From: Candidatus Latescibacterota bacterium
Lineage (GTDB): Bacteria > Latescibacterota > UBA2968 > UBA8231
Length of the DNA: 64,000 bases
Direction: 5' to 3'
Assembly: GCA_965200315.1 (NCBI GenBank)
Contig: OZ241362.1
Coordinates: 576,001 to 640,000, forward strand
Shown: in pieces, positions 29,617 through 39,985 of the stretch
Layout of the letters: every line of letters starts with the position of its first letter
Numbering within the stretch: position 1 is the first letter of the stretch
Notes under the pieces: model-generated
The model's database searches: none
What the model was told of the DNA's origin: nothing
The model's input: only the letters and a program-made list of their open reading frames with translations
Position numbers and translations under genes: made by a program

Positions 29617-30813
29617 TCATATCACCCCCTCAGCCCGCAACGCCTCCAACTCCCCTTCCGTCAGCCCCAAGACGCCACTTAAAATCTCCTCGGTGTGCTG
29701 CCCCAGCAAAGGCGCTGGCCCGCGCAACTCGACCGGAGTCGCAGAAAACCGCAGCGGCGAGTTAGCCACTGTTTGCCGACCCGCAACCGGATGCTCCAGC
29801 TCGACGATCATATTCCGCGCCGCCACCTGCTCGTCGCCAAACACCTGCCCTACATCGCACAACGGCCCGCTCGGCACGCCGGCCGCCGCTAGTATGGCGC
29901 ACCATTCATCAACGGTTTTCTCCGCTAGCACGCGCTCCAAAATCGGCTCCAACGCCGCGTGATTCTCCGTGCGCAGCGCATTACTGGCAAAGCGCGGATC
30001 GTCGGCCAACGCGCCGAGGTCTAGCGAGTCGCACAACTTGCGCCAGAGCCGGTCGTTGCCCGCGGCAACAACGAGGTGCCCATCGCGAGCGGCAAAAAAC
30101 TGGAAAGGCGTAATGGCCGGATGCCGCGATCCGAGCGGCCGGGGCACTTCGCCGGATACGGCATAGCGGGCGAGGGCGTTTTCCAGCAGCGCCACCTGAC
30201 AGTCGAGCATGGAGATATCGACTTGCTGCCCCTCGCCGGTGCGCTGCGCCCGCTCTAAGGCCGCGAGGATGCCAATGGCCCCAAAGAGGGCCGCGCTCAA
30301 GTCGGCGATCGACGAGCCGACCCGCACCGGCGGGCCATCGGGCTGCCCAGTGATGCTGGCCAGCCCTCCCATCGCCTGAATGAGCACGTCGTACGCGGGC
30401 CGCTGCGCGTACGGGCCGGTCTGGCCAAAGCCCGAAATCGACGCGTACACCAAGCGCGGATACAGCGCGTGCAGGTCCGCGTATCCCAACCCAAAGCGGT
30501 CCATGCTGCCGGGGCGAAAGTTCTCAATCAACACGTCGCACTCGCCGGCCAAACGCCGCGCCAAGTCCTGACCGCGCGCCTGCCGCAAGTCGATTGTCGC
30601 GCTCTTCTTGCCGCGGTTGACGCTGGCAAAGTACGCGCTCTCGCCGTTTTGGAACGGCCCGAACCCCCGCGCCTCGTCGCCCGTTTCTGGCAGCTCGACC
30701 TTGATCACCTCCGCGCCCAAGTCGGCCAACACCATGGACGCGTACGGCCCGGCCAACACCCGCGTCAAGTCGAGCACCCGCACGCCGTCCAATAAAGGTT
30801 CCATCTCAATCAC
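29617..30813 (-). CDS. CaiB/BaiF family III CoA-transferase
   Basis: LDGVRVLDLTRVLAGP, NRGKKS, ENFRPG, PLLGQH. Confidence 0.93.
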   Translation of the reverse strand: MIEMEPLLDGVRVLDLTRVLAGPYASMVLADLGAEVIKVELPETGDEARGFGPFQNGESAYFASVNRGKKSATIDLRQARGQDLARRLAGECDVLIENFRPGSMDRFGLGYADLHALYPRLVYASISGFGQTGPYAQRPAYDVLIQAMGGLASITGQPDGPPVRVGSSIADLSAALFGAIGILAALERAQRTGEGQQVDISMLDCQVALLENALARYAVSGEVPRPLGSRHPAITPFQFFAARDGHLVVAAGNDRLWRKLCDSLDLGALADDPRFASNALRTENHAALEPILERVLAEKTVDEWCAILAAAGVPSGPLCDVGQVFGDEQVAARNMIVELEHPVAGRQTVANSPLRFSATPVELRGPAPLLGQHTEEILSGVLGLTEGELEALRAEGVI

Positions 30814-32530
30814 CTTGGGGCGCGGCGAGCAAACCGGCCCCTTCGCCGGGCACGGCCACGGCTAGCTCCGGCTCCTCGCCTAGCTCTGTTCGCAACATAT
30901 CTGCAAACGCATCGCGGCGTTCCCCATCGACAAAAGCACGGTGGACTAGCCCGCCGATGTTGCCGCCCCAGCCAGCACCCAGCCGCTGCACGGCTCCCGC
31001 CGTTGGGCCCTCAGCAGCGAGAAACCGATTGACTACCCGCACGCTCCGATCGTAGGCCGGCGTCATCCGTCCGTAGCCCCCGGGCAAAAAGCGCAGTTGC
31101 GCTCGCTCTTCCCCGCGCTCGGCCTGCTCTACAAGCTGCGCCAAGACCTCGTCCTCGACTTCTTGGTCCAAATCGCCATCGTGCGAGATGCGGATCAGCT
31201 CCAAGGCCGTGGCCATATCGCCCGCATTGAGGTATGCGAGCATACCGGCCACCCGGTCCTGCTCGGCCAAGCCATACACACAGCGCCGGCGAATAAACAA
31301 CGGCGTGTCCTCAGATAGGAGGTGGAACTTGCCGGCGACCTCGCGCTGACACATGGCGTCGAAATGCGCCCCGACCCCGGCTGTGTGCGCTTCGGCGGCT
31401 AACTGCGCCAGCGTGGTCTGCCGCGGCATCTGGCCCAAGACCCGGTACAGCTCCGCAAGAGACAGCCCTTCGGCTGAGCTCAGGTCGAAGCCCAGCGGCT
31501 CGGGCGCAATATCCCGCAGATAGCGGATGCGCTCGCGCACCGCGCGGTCTTGGCCCAGCCGCGGCAAAATCAGCTCGCGGGCGATAAACGCGCCGAGCGG
31601 ATAGGCGATGACCGTCTCTTCCTTGACAGCCTCGTCGTACTCGCGCACAACGCCGCTGTCGAGCACTAAAGCGGCGTACTCGTCGGGCAACGCGGCCTCG
31701 CCCTGTACGCGGGCCGGAAAGACGCCGACGCCGACCAGCTTGCCCGCCCGCCCCAAGATCATCCCACCGTGATCGGCCGTGCCGCCGCGCGTACCGCGCA
31801 TCCACTCGGAGGTGCCCAACCCATCGACTAAGTCCGCTTCGGGCATATCGCGGTGCGGTACCAATTCGTGTACTCCCATCGCCGCCAACGCGGTCGCCAC
31901 AACCAGCGCCGAGGACGAGCTCATGCCCCCACTGGGCGAGACATTGCTCCACACCAGCCCGTCGAAGCCGCCCAAGGCCAAGCGCCCGCGGAAATAACTC
32001 TCCAAGTACACGAGCTGCCCTTCGACCAGCACCGACCAGTCGCGGGCCAAGGCGCTACCTGTGCTCTCTAGGCGCTGGCGGCAAACTTGGCCGGCGTAGT
32101 CCATCAGCACCTGCCGCTCGGCCACGCGGGCTTTCGGCAGAATCGTCTCCAAGTCCAGCTCAATCGGCGCAAAGCGATCTACGGGCGCACCCGAGCTGCG
32201 CAGGAAGCTGGCCAACCGCACCCGTCGGCTGGCGGCCGCCCGCGCCACTACCAGCGTATCCACGCCGCGTACCGCCATCCGCACCGAGGGCATGCCTCCG
32301 TAGTCAATGTGCATACCCATGACGTTCATCTGCCCGGGGCAGCGGGCGATGACCACGCGGCCCTCGCGGCCGTAGCAAGCGGCAAAGTGCCGTAGAGCCT
32401 CTAAGTAGTTGGCGCGCCAAGCCGCCACCTGATCCCGCCCGTAGAGCCGCCCGAACTCGCAGTCGAAGCGGCCCTGCTCAATGGCGGCCTGCCACTGGAC
32501 TAGACTAGCTGTATAGGGGTTAGAGCGCAC
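30806..32530 (-). CDS. Galactokinase-like GHMP kinase
   Basis: MGMHIDY, PSGGMSSSSAL ATP motif, GAGWGG. Confidence 0.8.
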   Translation of the reverse strand: MRSNPYTASLVQWQAAIEQGRFDCEFGRLYGRDQVAAWRANYLEALRHFAACYGREGRVVIARCPGQMNVMGMHIDYGGMPSVRMAVRGVDTLVVARAAASRRVRLASFLRSSGAPVDRFAPIELDLETILPKARVAERQVLMDYAGQVCRQRLESTGSALARDWSVLVEGQLVYLESYFRGRLALGGFDGLVWSNVSPSGGMSSSSALVVATALAAMGVHELVPHRDMPEADLVDGLGTSEWMRGTRGGTADHGGMILGRAGKLVGVGVFPARVQGEAALPDEYAALVLDSGVVREYDEAVKEETVIAYPLGAFIARELILPRLGQDRAVRERIRYLRDIAPEPLGFDLSSAEGLSLAELYRVLGQMPRQTTLAQLAAEAHTAGVGAHFDAMCQREVAGKFHLLSEDTPLFIRRRCVYGLAEQDRVAGMLAYLNAGDMATALELIRISHDGDLDQEVEDEVLAQLVEQAERGEERAQLRFLPGGYGRMTPAYDRSVRVVNRFLAAEGPTAGAVQRLGAGWGGNIGGLVHRAFVDGERRDAFADMLRTELGEEPELAVAVPGEGAGLLAAPQGD

Positions 32531-34772
32531 CGTCCACGCTCAGGGAGATGCGGCGCAACGGGCGTACCTTGCGCTCGATCGTCATATAGTAATACTGGAG
32601 CGCGTTGTCCACTCGCAGGTTGAGCCGCACGGGGCCTAGCTGTCGGCCCACCTGTACATCGAGCAAGTAGATGGGCACATAATCGCGCCCGCACTCGGCG
32701 AAGATGCCGGACACCCGTTCAAAACGGCTGAGGTATTGGAAGTTTACCCGCCCGCTGGTGGGGCCGCGCGCCCCTTGCAGGCCCAGATTGAGAACGTGGC
32801 GCGACCGGTAAGGCAGCGGGGCTAGGTCGTCGTAGTCGCCGTGGCAATAAGGCGGCAGCACTTGGTCCGCATCGAGAAATTCCACGCCATCGATAAAGGT
32901 ATAAGCCGCCCTAGCCCCCAAGCCCAGTGGCAGGGCGGCTTGGACTTCGCCTTCAAACCCGGCGACCCGCGCCCGCGCCAAATTCAAAAAGCGCGCTACG
33001 GGCACAGTCCCTCCGGCATAGGGATCGGGACGCCCTTCAATAAGCCCGCGGTACTCGTTCCAAAACAGGGCCATATCCAAGGCCAGCCATCGGGCGAGCC
33101 CCTGTTTGATCCCGACCTCGCTGGACCAAGCCCGCTCGGGCGTTAAGGCGGGGTTGGGACAGACCCGGATACCAGAAACCTCGGCCTGAGAAAAGACCTC
33201 AAACACCGAAGGTACGCGAAAGCCGCGGCCCAGCGAAGCCCGCAGCGCGGTCTCCTCCGACAGCCGATAGGAAAAGCCGACTTGGGGGCTAAATTCCCCG
33301 CTGCTTCTACCGGCAACCGGCGGGGCCCCGCACGGCCCGTCTGTCAGCCCAGAGGCCGCAGAAAGCCGACTCCAGTCGTAGCGCAACCCGACCGTCCACT
33401 CGGCCAGCGGACTGAGTTCGTACACGCCTTGGGCGTAGCCAGAGGTGGTTATCAGGGAGCGCACACCGAGAAAATCGGTGGGCGAGCGCACCAGATCAGC
33501 TACCGAGGCCAGCCCCAACGTCCAGTTCCAACCGCGCAATCCCGTGTAGTCGAACTGACCTTCGCCCGAAATTTTGTGGCCAGCCGAGGCCAAGCCCCCA
33601 GCCGCCGCGTTGTTGGTAAAATCCGTGCGGTAATACCCTAATTTGAGCCGGTAACCCAAATCGCTGTGTGCCAAGTGGTAGTACTCGGAATTGAGATGCA
33701 GCTTCCAAGAGATAGTATGGGCCGGCGCGTCGTTTTCGGGCACGGACAGCGGCTGGCTGCGGCCGCGCCACTGGACGAAGACTCCGTGGTCGTCTAGCGC
33801 CCAGTTGCTCATCACGCGCCAATAGCTCGTCGGCGAAAAGCGATGCACTGCCTTGGCGTAGAGATGATAGCGGCGATTATCGCCGTTTTGGTGATAGCCG
33901 GTGCCCCGATTGTGCCCCCCGCTCAGCACCAAGCCGGTCCGATCCAAGACCCGATTGTGGCTTACGTCGAACCCGACAAAGTGCATCGGGGACTCGGTCC
34001 AGTGCCACTGGCGGTACGCCGGCTGGCTATACAGCCCGCTGAGCAGCCGAAAGCGGGTGCCCGGATCGTGCGCCGGATCGCGGGTAAGCACGTTGATTAC
34101 CCCGCCCAAAGCCCCGGTGCCGTACAGGGCTGAGCCCGCTCCTTTGACCACCTCCACGCGCTCGACTTGCTGTAGGGGCACGGCATCCCACTTGATGTCG
34201 CCCACATCCGACGACAGCATTGGAAATCCATCCACCAGCATCAACAACCGACTGCCCGTACCGCGACTGTAGCCGCTCGAACCGCGGACGACCGGCTCAT
34301 TCCCTACTTGGCTAACCCCCGCAACATAGCGCAGGGGACCTGTCAGCGAGAAGGCGTTGTGATCGGCGATGCGCCCGGCATCGGCTACTGAGATGCTAAT
34401 AGGAGCTTGGGCAAAGGTCTGGGAGCGGCGGGCAGCGGAAACGACTAGCTCGGGAACTTCAACAGCCGTAGGTTCGAGGGCGACGACATGCCCATCCTCC
34501 CCGGGCGCAACGCCGCGCAGGGTGTGCGAGCGATAGCCAATATGCGAACAAAGCAGGTCGTATTGGCCGGGCGGCAAGCCCTCGATGCGGCAATAGCCCT
34601 CTTCGTCGGCATATCCCCCGAATTCCGTCCCCAGCACCGCCAACGTCGTGCCGGGCAGTGGGGTTTGATCGCCAGCGTCGAGGACGCGGACAACGATATC
34701 AGCGGCCGAGCTCGGCCAGCAATTCAGCAGGCAAAGCGCGCTCGCATAGATCAGTGCTAAGCTCGGTTTCAT
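32520..34772 (-). CDS. TonB-dependent receptor
   Basis: N-terminal Ig-like domain, plug ERVEVVKGAGSALYG, beta-barrel; start uncertain. Confidence 0.9.
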   Translation of the reverse strand: MKPSLALIYASALCLLNCWPSSAADIVVRVLDAGDQTPLPGTTLAVLGTEFGGYADEEGYCRIEGLPPGQYDLLCSHIGYRSHTLRGVAPGEDGHVVALEPTAVEVPELVVSAARRSQTFAQAPISISVADAGRIADHNAFSLTGPLRYVAGVSQVGNEPVVRGSSGYSRGTGSRLLMLVDGFPMLSSDVGDIKWDAVPLQQVERVEVVKGAGSALYGTGALGGVINVLTRDPAHDPGTRFRLLSGLYSQPAYRQWHWTESPMHFVGFDVSHNRVLDRTGLVLSGGHNRGTGYHQNGDNRRYHLYAKAVHRFSPTSYWRVMSNWALDDHGVFVQWRGRSQPLSVPENDAPAHTISWKLHLNSEYYHLAHSDLGYRLKLGYYRTDFTNNAAAGGLASAGHKISGEGQFDYTGLRGWNWTLGLASVADLVRSPTDFLGVRSLITTSGYAQGVYELSPLAEWTVGLRYDWSRLSAASGLTDGPCGAPPVAGRSSGEFSPQVGFSYRLSEETALRASLGRGFRVPSVFEVFSQAEVSGIRVCPNPALTPERAWSSEVGIKQGLARWLALDMALFWNEYRGLIEGRPDPYAGGTVPVARFLNLARARVAGFEGEVQAALPLGLGARAAYTFIDGVEFLDADQVLPPYCHGDYDDLAPLPYRSRHVLNLGLQGARGPTSGRVNFQYLSRFERVSGIFAECGRDYVPIYLLDVQVGRQLGPVRLNLRVDNALQYYYMTIERKVRPLRRISLSVDGAL

Positions 34773-35211
34773 GATCCAATACAGCGAAATTGACCTCAAT
34801 ATCGATGTCAGGGACAACTTCCATAGAGCCGACTTCCACTGGCGAGGGGCGGTCGGCTCCAGGGAGGTGATAGCAACCCAAAAGCGAGGTAAGATCCCAG
34901 AACTGGTCCTCTTGGCGCCAAGCCACGACAATCCACTGATATACGCCTTCTCCATCTAAGGGAACGAAATAATCGGACGACTCGACCCTGAGCGCGACCT
35001 CGGTGTCCCAGCCGTTGATTCTGAAAAAATCGGCCAGCGAAGCCGGTGCCTCTCGATAGACGGCCACGGCCACCTGCCCCACGTTCGCCGGCCACTCGCC
35101 GACAAAGTGCAGCTGGCCAGCGATTCCGGTCTGCCCGGTGGCCTCGGCATCGAGCCCGCGATCGCAGCCCCAGCACCAAGCTAGGGCCGCGACCAAACAC
35201 CAAAACTGCAC
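34699..35211 (-). CDS. Hypothetical lipoprotein
   Basis: Signal ending CWGC; co-oriented with the receptor. Confidence 0.6.
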   Translation of the reverse strand: MQFWCLVAALAWCWGCDRGLDAEATGQTGIAGQLHFVGEWPANVGQVAVAVYREAPASLADFFRINGWDTEVALRVESSDYFVPLDGEGVYQWIVVAWRQEDQFWDLTSLLGCYHLPGADRPSPVEVGSMEVVPDIDIEVNFAVLDHETELSTDLCERALPAELLAELGR

Positions 35212-35217
35212 GGTCTG

Positions 35218-35733
35218 TTATCCAGCCGCCTCGGCCGCCGCGGCGGCCGCCGCCGAGACCTCAGCGACGTCAAATTCTGTGCCGTTAATGGTTATCATCC
35301 CGGTAGCAGAAAGGCCGTCGGCAGCGACCGAAAGCTGCATATCGAGTATCAGCTCGGCCTCATGCGATCCAGAAAGGGTCACCTCCCCGGTCAGTGGAAT
35401 GGGTTCCTGCGTCGCGTCGATGGTCAAGATACCGTTGGCTACCAACTCGCCATCGGGCGAATAATCCTGCAACGTCCAGTCCTTGCCGGCGATCTCCACC
35501 GAGCCGCCGCCTTCCCCCGGCACCGATGTCGTACCGGGAATCAGCGCGGCGAAGAAGATATTGGTAAAAGTGGAGACCAGCGTACCGTATAAGCCGATAA
35601 TCTCGGGCGTTAGCTCGGCCATCGGCTCCGGCTCTGGCTCTACGGGCGCGGGTTCGTCGTCGTCGCCACAGGCAGCCAGCACCAGAGTACTGCACAGAAG
35701 AAGGGCCGTAGTTTTATCCAGCCATTTGCGCAT
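35218..35733 (-). CDS. Hypothetical lipoprotein
   Basis: Lipobox LAAC-GDDD; SD AGGAGG. Confidence 0.72.
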   Translation of the reverse strand: MRKWLDKTTALLLCSTLVLAACGDDDEPAPVEPEPEPMAELTPEIIGLYGTLVSTFTNIFFAALIPGTTSVPGEGGGSVEIAGKDWTLQDYSPDGELVANGILTIDATQEPIPLTGEVTLSGSHEAELILDMQLSVAADGLSATGMITINGTEFDVAEVSAAAAAAAEAAG

Positions 35734-35807
35734 GATACTATCCTCCTAAATAAGGGATTTAAGTGCGCCGTGCTGTGCCCGACGCACAGGATAAAGGATT
35801 GCCGCGC

Positions 35808-36914
35808 TCAAGAAGCGGTTTCGCTTTCCCGAACGTAGCGCACCAAGGCTTTTTCGTCCAGCACGCAGCCCAAGCCCGGCTGCATGGGTGTGGGCACGTA
35901 CCCATCGACAAAAGGAATCGGCTCGACGATCAGGTCGTCCTCGCGGGTCCAGCTGCCGACAAAATCCGAAGCCATCGTGCAGTTGGGCGCGGCCGCAGCC
36001 GCGTGGACGTACGCGGTATCGACAATCCCTAGGTCGTTGCCCGAGCCGTGCCAGCAGCGCAGGCCCGCCGCGGCCGCTACGGCCGCGTTCTTCTGAAAGC
36101 CAACGAGGCTGCCGCCCAAATTCAGGCAATCGACGACCTCGGCCTTAATGGCGCGGATAATCTGCGGTCCGCTCCCCAAGTGCATGGCCACCGGCAGGTC
36201 AATCGCTTCGTGGATTTGGACGTACCCTTGTAAATCGGACTTGGGGATCGGGTCTTCAAAGACCTCGACATTGCCCACCGCCGCAAGCTGCTGCGCCAGC
36301 TCAATGGTCTGCGCGGCCGTGTGGAAGCGCTCGTTGGGATCGACCGTGACCTTGAAATCCACGCCGCCCACCTCGCGCATGGCCTGCAGCCGCTCGACCA
36401 TCGGCTCCTCAATTTTGCACTTGATCTTGACGCCCTTGAACCCGTGCGCGAGTGCGCGTTCGACCGCCCGCTTGCCGTCTTCAGGCGTCTGGTGCCCCAT
36501 CCAGTAGTCGGCGCGCACTCGGTCGCGCACCGCGCCGCCCAGCAGCGCGTGGACCGGCACTTGGCGGGCCTTGCCCACCAAGTCAAAAATCGCCATCTCA
36601 AAGGCGTCGTACGCTGGCCCAGCTCCCACCGTCGGCAGTTCCTCCGTACCGTCGTGTCGATCAGCGAAGATATCCTGCAAGGTCAGTTGCTCGGGATCTT
36701 TGCCCAAAAGCTGGGCCGCCCCTTCCTGAACCTGTTCTAACGGCACACCGCGCCCGGTCTCGCCCAAGCCCACCAACTCGGTATCCGTATTCAGGCGCAC
36801 GATGTGCTTGGGCACCCGGTCCCACCCGGTCTCGGCGACGCATTCTGGGCTATGCACCCGCCCGGGGATCGTCGGCACCACTACCGTCCAAATATCGACT
36901 GATATTATTTTCAT
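35808..36914 (-). CDS. Mandelate racemase/muconate lactonizing enzyme family
   Basis: GLGE, DLVGK, KIK, VDPNE, FEDP. Confidence 0.9.
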   Translation of the reverse strand: MKIISVDIWTVVVPTIPGRVHSPECVAETGWDRVPKHIVRLNTDTELVGLGETGRGVPLEQVQEGAAQLLGKDPEQLTLQDIFADRHDGTEELPTVGAGPAYDAFEMAIFDLVGKARQVPVHALLGGAVRDRVRADYWMGHQTPEDGKRAVERALAHGFKGVKIKCKIEEPMVERLQAMREVGGVDFKVTVDPNERFHTAAQTIELAQQLAAVGNVEVFEDPIPKSDLQGYVQIHEAIDLPVAMHLGSGPQIIRAIKAEVVDCLNLGGSLVGFQKNAAVAAAAGLRCWHGSGNDLGIVDTAYVHAAAAAPNCTMASDFVGSWTREDDLIVEPIPFVDGYVPTPMQPGLGCVLDEKALVRYVRESETAS

Positions 36915-37206
36915 ATCACATCCTCACGTGAACGCCGTTGGGCTATTTGCTGAAAAGCTGAAAGAGAATCCCTACCACAGAAACCAATGACGCCACCACA
37001 AACAGCACTTTTTCCGTGCCGCGACGTTCTTAAATAGAATCAATTTGTTTGTCTCGTAGAATCAATATTGTTTGTCTCGCAGTTCCTCAACAATTGCCAT
37101 TACCTTTCTCGCCTGATGTTCCGCACGGACTCCTTAGCTGTTTTAAGGCCGGCCGCATCCTTTGCGAGGCGGAGACGTCCTCGATCCCAGCCGCGTTGAG
37201 CCCCAT

Positions 37207-38271
37207 TCACGGGATAAAACTCGTCTTCTCATCAACGGTGAGCGCAAATTCGGCCAGCAGCCGGGCGGCTTGGGTCAGGTCCTCTAAGGACGCAATCTCA
37301 ACCGGCGTGTGCATGTAGCGCTGCGGCACGCTGACTAAGCCAGTGGCCACCCCGGCCCGGCTGAGCTGGATGGCGTTGGCGTCCGTGCCCGTGCCCCCGG
37401 GCTCGGCTTGGATCTGATAGGGAATTTTCTTCTTTTGTGCCACCTGCACCAGCCGCTCAAAGACCACCGGATTGATGTTGGCCCCTCGCGTGATCACTGG
37501 CCCCCCGCCCAGCTTGCACTCGCCGACTTGGCGCTTGTCCATGTCTGGATGGTCCGTTGCCCACGTCACATCCACGGCAATACCCACCAGCGGATCTACC
37601 CCATAGGCACTCGTCTTGGCTCCCCGCAGCCCCACTTCCTCCTGCACGGTGGCCACCGCATACACCGCGGCGCAGCACTGGCACTTGGCGCGGCTCACTC
37701 GCCGCAGCGCCTCGGCCACCACCCAAGCACCGGCCTTGTTGTCAATCCCCCGCGACACCACCAGCCCATTGCGCAATTCCTCAAAGTTGGCGTCGTAGGT
37801 CACCGGATCGCCGATGGCCACCAATTGCCGCGCCTCGTCCGCGCTGGCTGCGCCGATGTCGATCCACAAGTCGTGCTTGTCCGGTACTTTGGTGCGATCC
37901 GCTTCCTTCATCAGGTGAATGGGCTTTTTGCCCAACACGCCCAAGACCGGCCCTTGCGCCGCGTGGATACGCACCTTGCGGCCCGGCACGATCTGCAAGT
38001 CAAAGCCGCCGATGGTGTCAAAGTACAGATAGCCTTTGTCGTCGATGTAAACGATCTGGAAGCCCAACTCGTCGGCATGCCCGGCGAACATGATCTTGGG
38101 ACGACCAGCCTCGTTGTAGCAGCCAATGGTATTGCCGTGGACATCAACTTCGACGCGGTCGGCGTACTTTTTCACTGCGTCCTTCCACACCGCCCGCACC
38201 GGCCCTTCGTATCCCGAAGGACTCGGAGCGCTGAGTAGATCAACGAGAAACTGCTTGGATGCTGGACGCAT
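37207..38271 (-). CDS. M42 family metallopeptidase
   Basis: SPSGYE, GHADELG, IDNK, QEEVG, GTDA, YMHTP. Confidence 0.93.
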   Translation of the reverse strand: MRPASKQFLVDLLSAPSPSGYEGPVRAVWKDAVKKYADRVEVDVHGNTIGCYNEAGRPKIMFAGHADELGFQIVYIDDKGYLYFDTIGGFDLQIVPGRKVRIHAAQGPVLGVLGKKPIHLMKEADRTKVPDKHDLWIDIGAASADEARQLVAIGDPVTYDANFEELRNGLVVSRGIDNKAGAWVVAEALRRVSRAKCQCCAAVYAVATVQEEVGLRGAKTSAYGVDPLVGIAVDVTWATDHPDMDKRQVGECKLGGGPVITRGANINPVVFERLVQVAQKKKIPYQIQAEPGGTGTDANAIQLSRAGVATGLVSVPQRYMHTPVEIASLEDLTQAARLLAEFALTVDEKTSFIP

Positions 38272-38281
38272 ATATCTCCTT

Positions 38282-39736
38282 CTAGTCGGATGTCGCTGGT
38301 TTACAGCAGGCACCAATGGCGCAGACCGCCGCGTTGATGCCGAGGCCAATCACCCCGGCGTGAAAGCCCCAGATCATCGATTTACCCCCAAAAGTCAACC
38401 CCAGCGCCACTGCTAGCCCGCACACCATGCCGAGCAACGCCGTCTGCGCCGACAGCCGCTTCCAGTATAGCCCCAGAAAAAAGCACGGCACAACCTGGAT
38501 CAAAACCTCAAACTTCAGCTCCAGCAACCGCACCAAGGTCGCATCCGTGCCGATCGCCACCGCGACCAGCAAGGCGACGATGACCCACGAGCAGATCTTG
38601 CCCACCTTCGTCAGCTCGGACTCCTTAGCCTGCGGCCGGAAATACGGCAGATAAATGTCCTTGGTAAACATCGACGAGATCGACAACAGCGCCGAATCCG
38701 CAGTGGACATCAGCGCCGCCAGCACCGCAGCAAAAATCGCCACCACCAGCCAGTAGCCCAGCGCGGACTCGCCCATCACCAGCGCGCAGAGCCGGGCTAG
38801 CACTTGGTCGCTTTCGGCTTTGCTCAAATCCGGCAACACCACCGCGGCCGTCAAGCCGCAGATCAAAGCCACCAGCGTAGTAGTAAGCGGCATAAAGGCC
38901 ATCAGGATCAACGAACGCTTGAGCACTGCGACCGAGCGGCTCGCGTACAGCCGTTGGATTGCCTGCGGGTAAATGGCCGCCCCGCATCCTAACAGCAGCG
39001 CGTAGCTTATCCATTTGTTGGCCCCCTCCAGACTCGGCGCTTGCACCTTGGGAGGATCCATTTCGCTCAATTGGGCCACCACCTGCCCCAAGCCACCACC
39101 CAGCTTCTGAGGGATGAGAAAGGCCAGAATGCCAAAGCCCAACAGCAGCACACTCCCCTGCATGACATCCGTCCACGCCACCGAGCGCATTCCTCCCAAG
39201 GTCTCATAGATGACCATAATCACCGCCAAGCCGATAATGCCGTAGCTGCCGGGAATCGCGCCGTCGGTGATCCCCTCGACCGCCGCGCCCATTGCCTTGA
39301 GTTGGGCCAAGGCGTAGTTGCCCAGTGCGTAGATCATCAAGATCGTGCTCAAAAGCGTCAGCACCGACGAGCGGAAGCGGTGCGTAATGTAGTCGCCAGG
39401 GGTGATAAACCCTTCCTTGCGCGCCAGCGCGACCAAGCGCGGGGCAAAGAGCATGTAGCCGATGATGATCGAGAACATAAAGAGCACCGACACCGTCCAC
39501 TCAAAGCCGATGCGGTAGGTCTTACCCGTGTAGCCAAAGAGCGTATTGCCGCTGTATTGGGTTGCATAGAGCGTCAAAAAGAGCACCAGCAGGCCCATCG
39601 AGCGCCCCGCCAGATAGAAGTCAGCCATGCTGTTGGAGCGGCGGCGCGAACGCGCAATCCACCCCACGCCGATCATCGAAACCAGATATAGCCCCACCGC
39701 GATGAGCGCCCCCGGACCAAACACCATGCCGCCCAT
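38282..39736 (-). CDS. Sodium:solute symporter (PanF-like)
   Basis: Many TMs, GGMRSVAWTD, AALMSTADS. Confidence 0.92.
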   Translation of the reverse strand: MGGMVFGPGALIAVGLYLVSMIGVGWIARSRRRSNSMADFYLAGRSMGLLVLFLTLYATQYSGNTLFGYTGKTYRIGFEWTVSVLFMFSIIIGYMLFAPRLVALARKEGFITPGDYITHRFRSSVLTLLSTILMIYALGNYALAQLKAMGAAVEGITDGAIPGSYGIIGLAVIMVIYETLGGMRSVAWTDVMQGSVLLLGFGILAFLIPQKLGGGLGQVVAQLSEMDPPKVQAPSLEGANKWISYALLLGCGAAIYPQAIQRLYASRSVAVLKRSLILMAFMPLTTTLVALICGLTAAVVLPDLSKAESDQVLARLCALVMGESALGYWLVVAIFAAVLAALMSTADSALLSISSMFTKDIYLPYFRPQAKESELTKVGKICSWVIVALLVAVAIGTDATLVRLLELKFEVLIQVVPCFFLGLYWKRLSAQTALLGMVCGLAVALGLTFGGKSMIWGFHAGVIGLGINAAVCAIGACCKPATSD

Positions 39737-39975
39737 CACGCTTCCTCCTTGGCATCAATCCAGTAGCGGTGGATCACAAAGCCCGTCCAAGCAGCCAACA
39801 GCACGACCACCCCCAGCGATACCGCCACCCACAACGGAAAGCCCAACACCAGCGGCCCCCGATACCCTGCGGGCCAATACCAAGGAATGGCCAGCGCGTA
39901 GAGCAGCAAATAGACGATCCACACGTAGCCTATCTTGCGCGGCTCAGAGACGAGTTGTTCTTGGGACTCATTCAT
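39736..39975 (-). CDS. Small two-TM SSS-transporter partner protein
   Basis: IPWYWP...GFPLWV; directly upstream of the symporter. Confidence 0.7.
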   Translation of the reverse strand: MNESQEQLVSEPRKIGYVWIVYLLLYALAIPWYWPAGYRGPLVLGFPLWVAVSLGVVVLLAAWTGFVIHRYWIDAKEEA

Positions 39976-39985
39976 AAGCAGCAAA

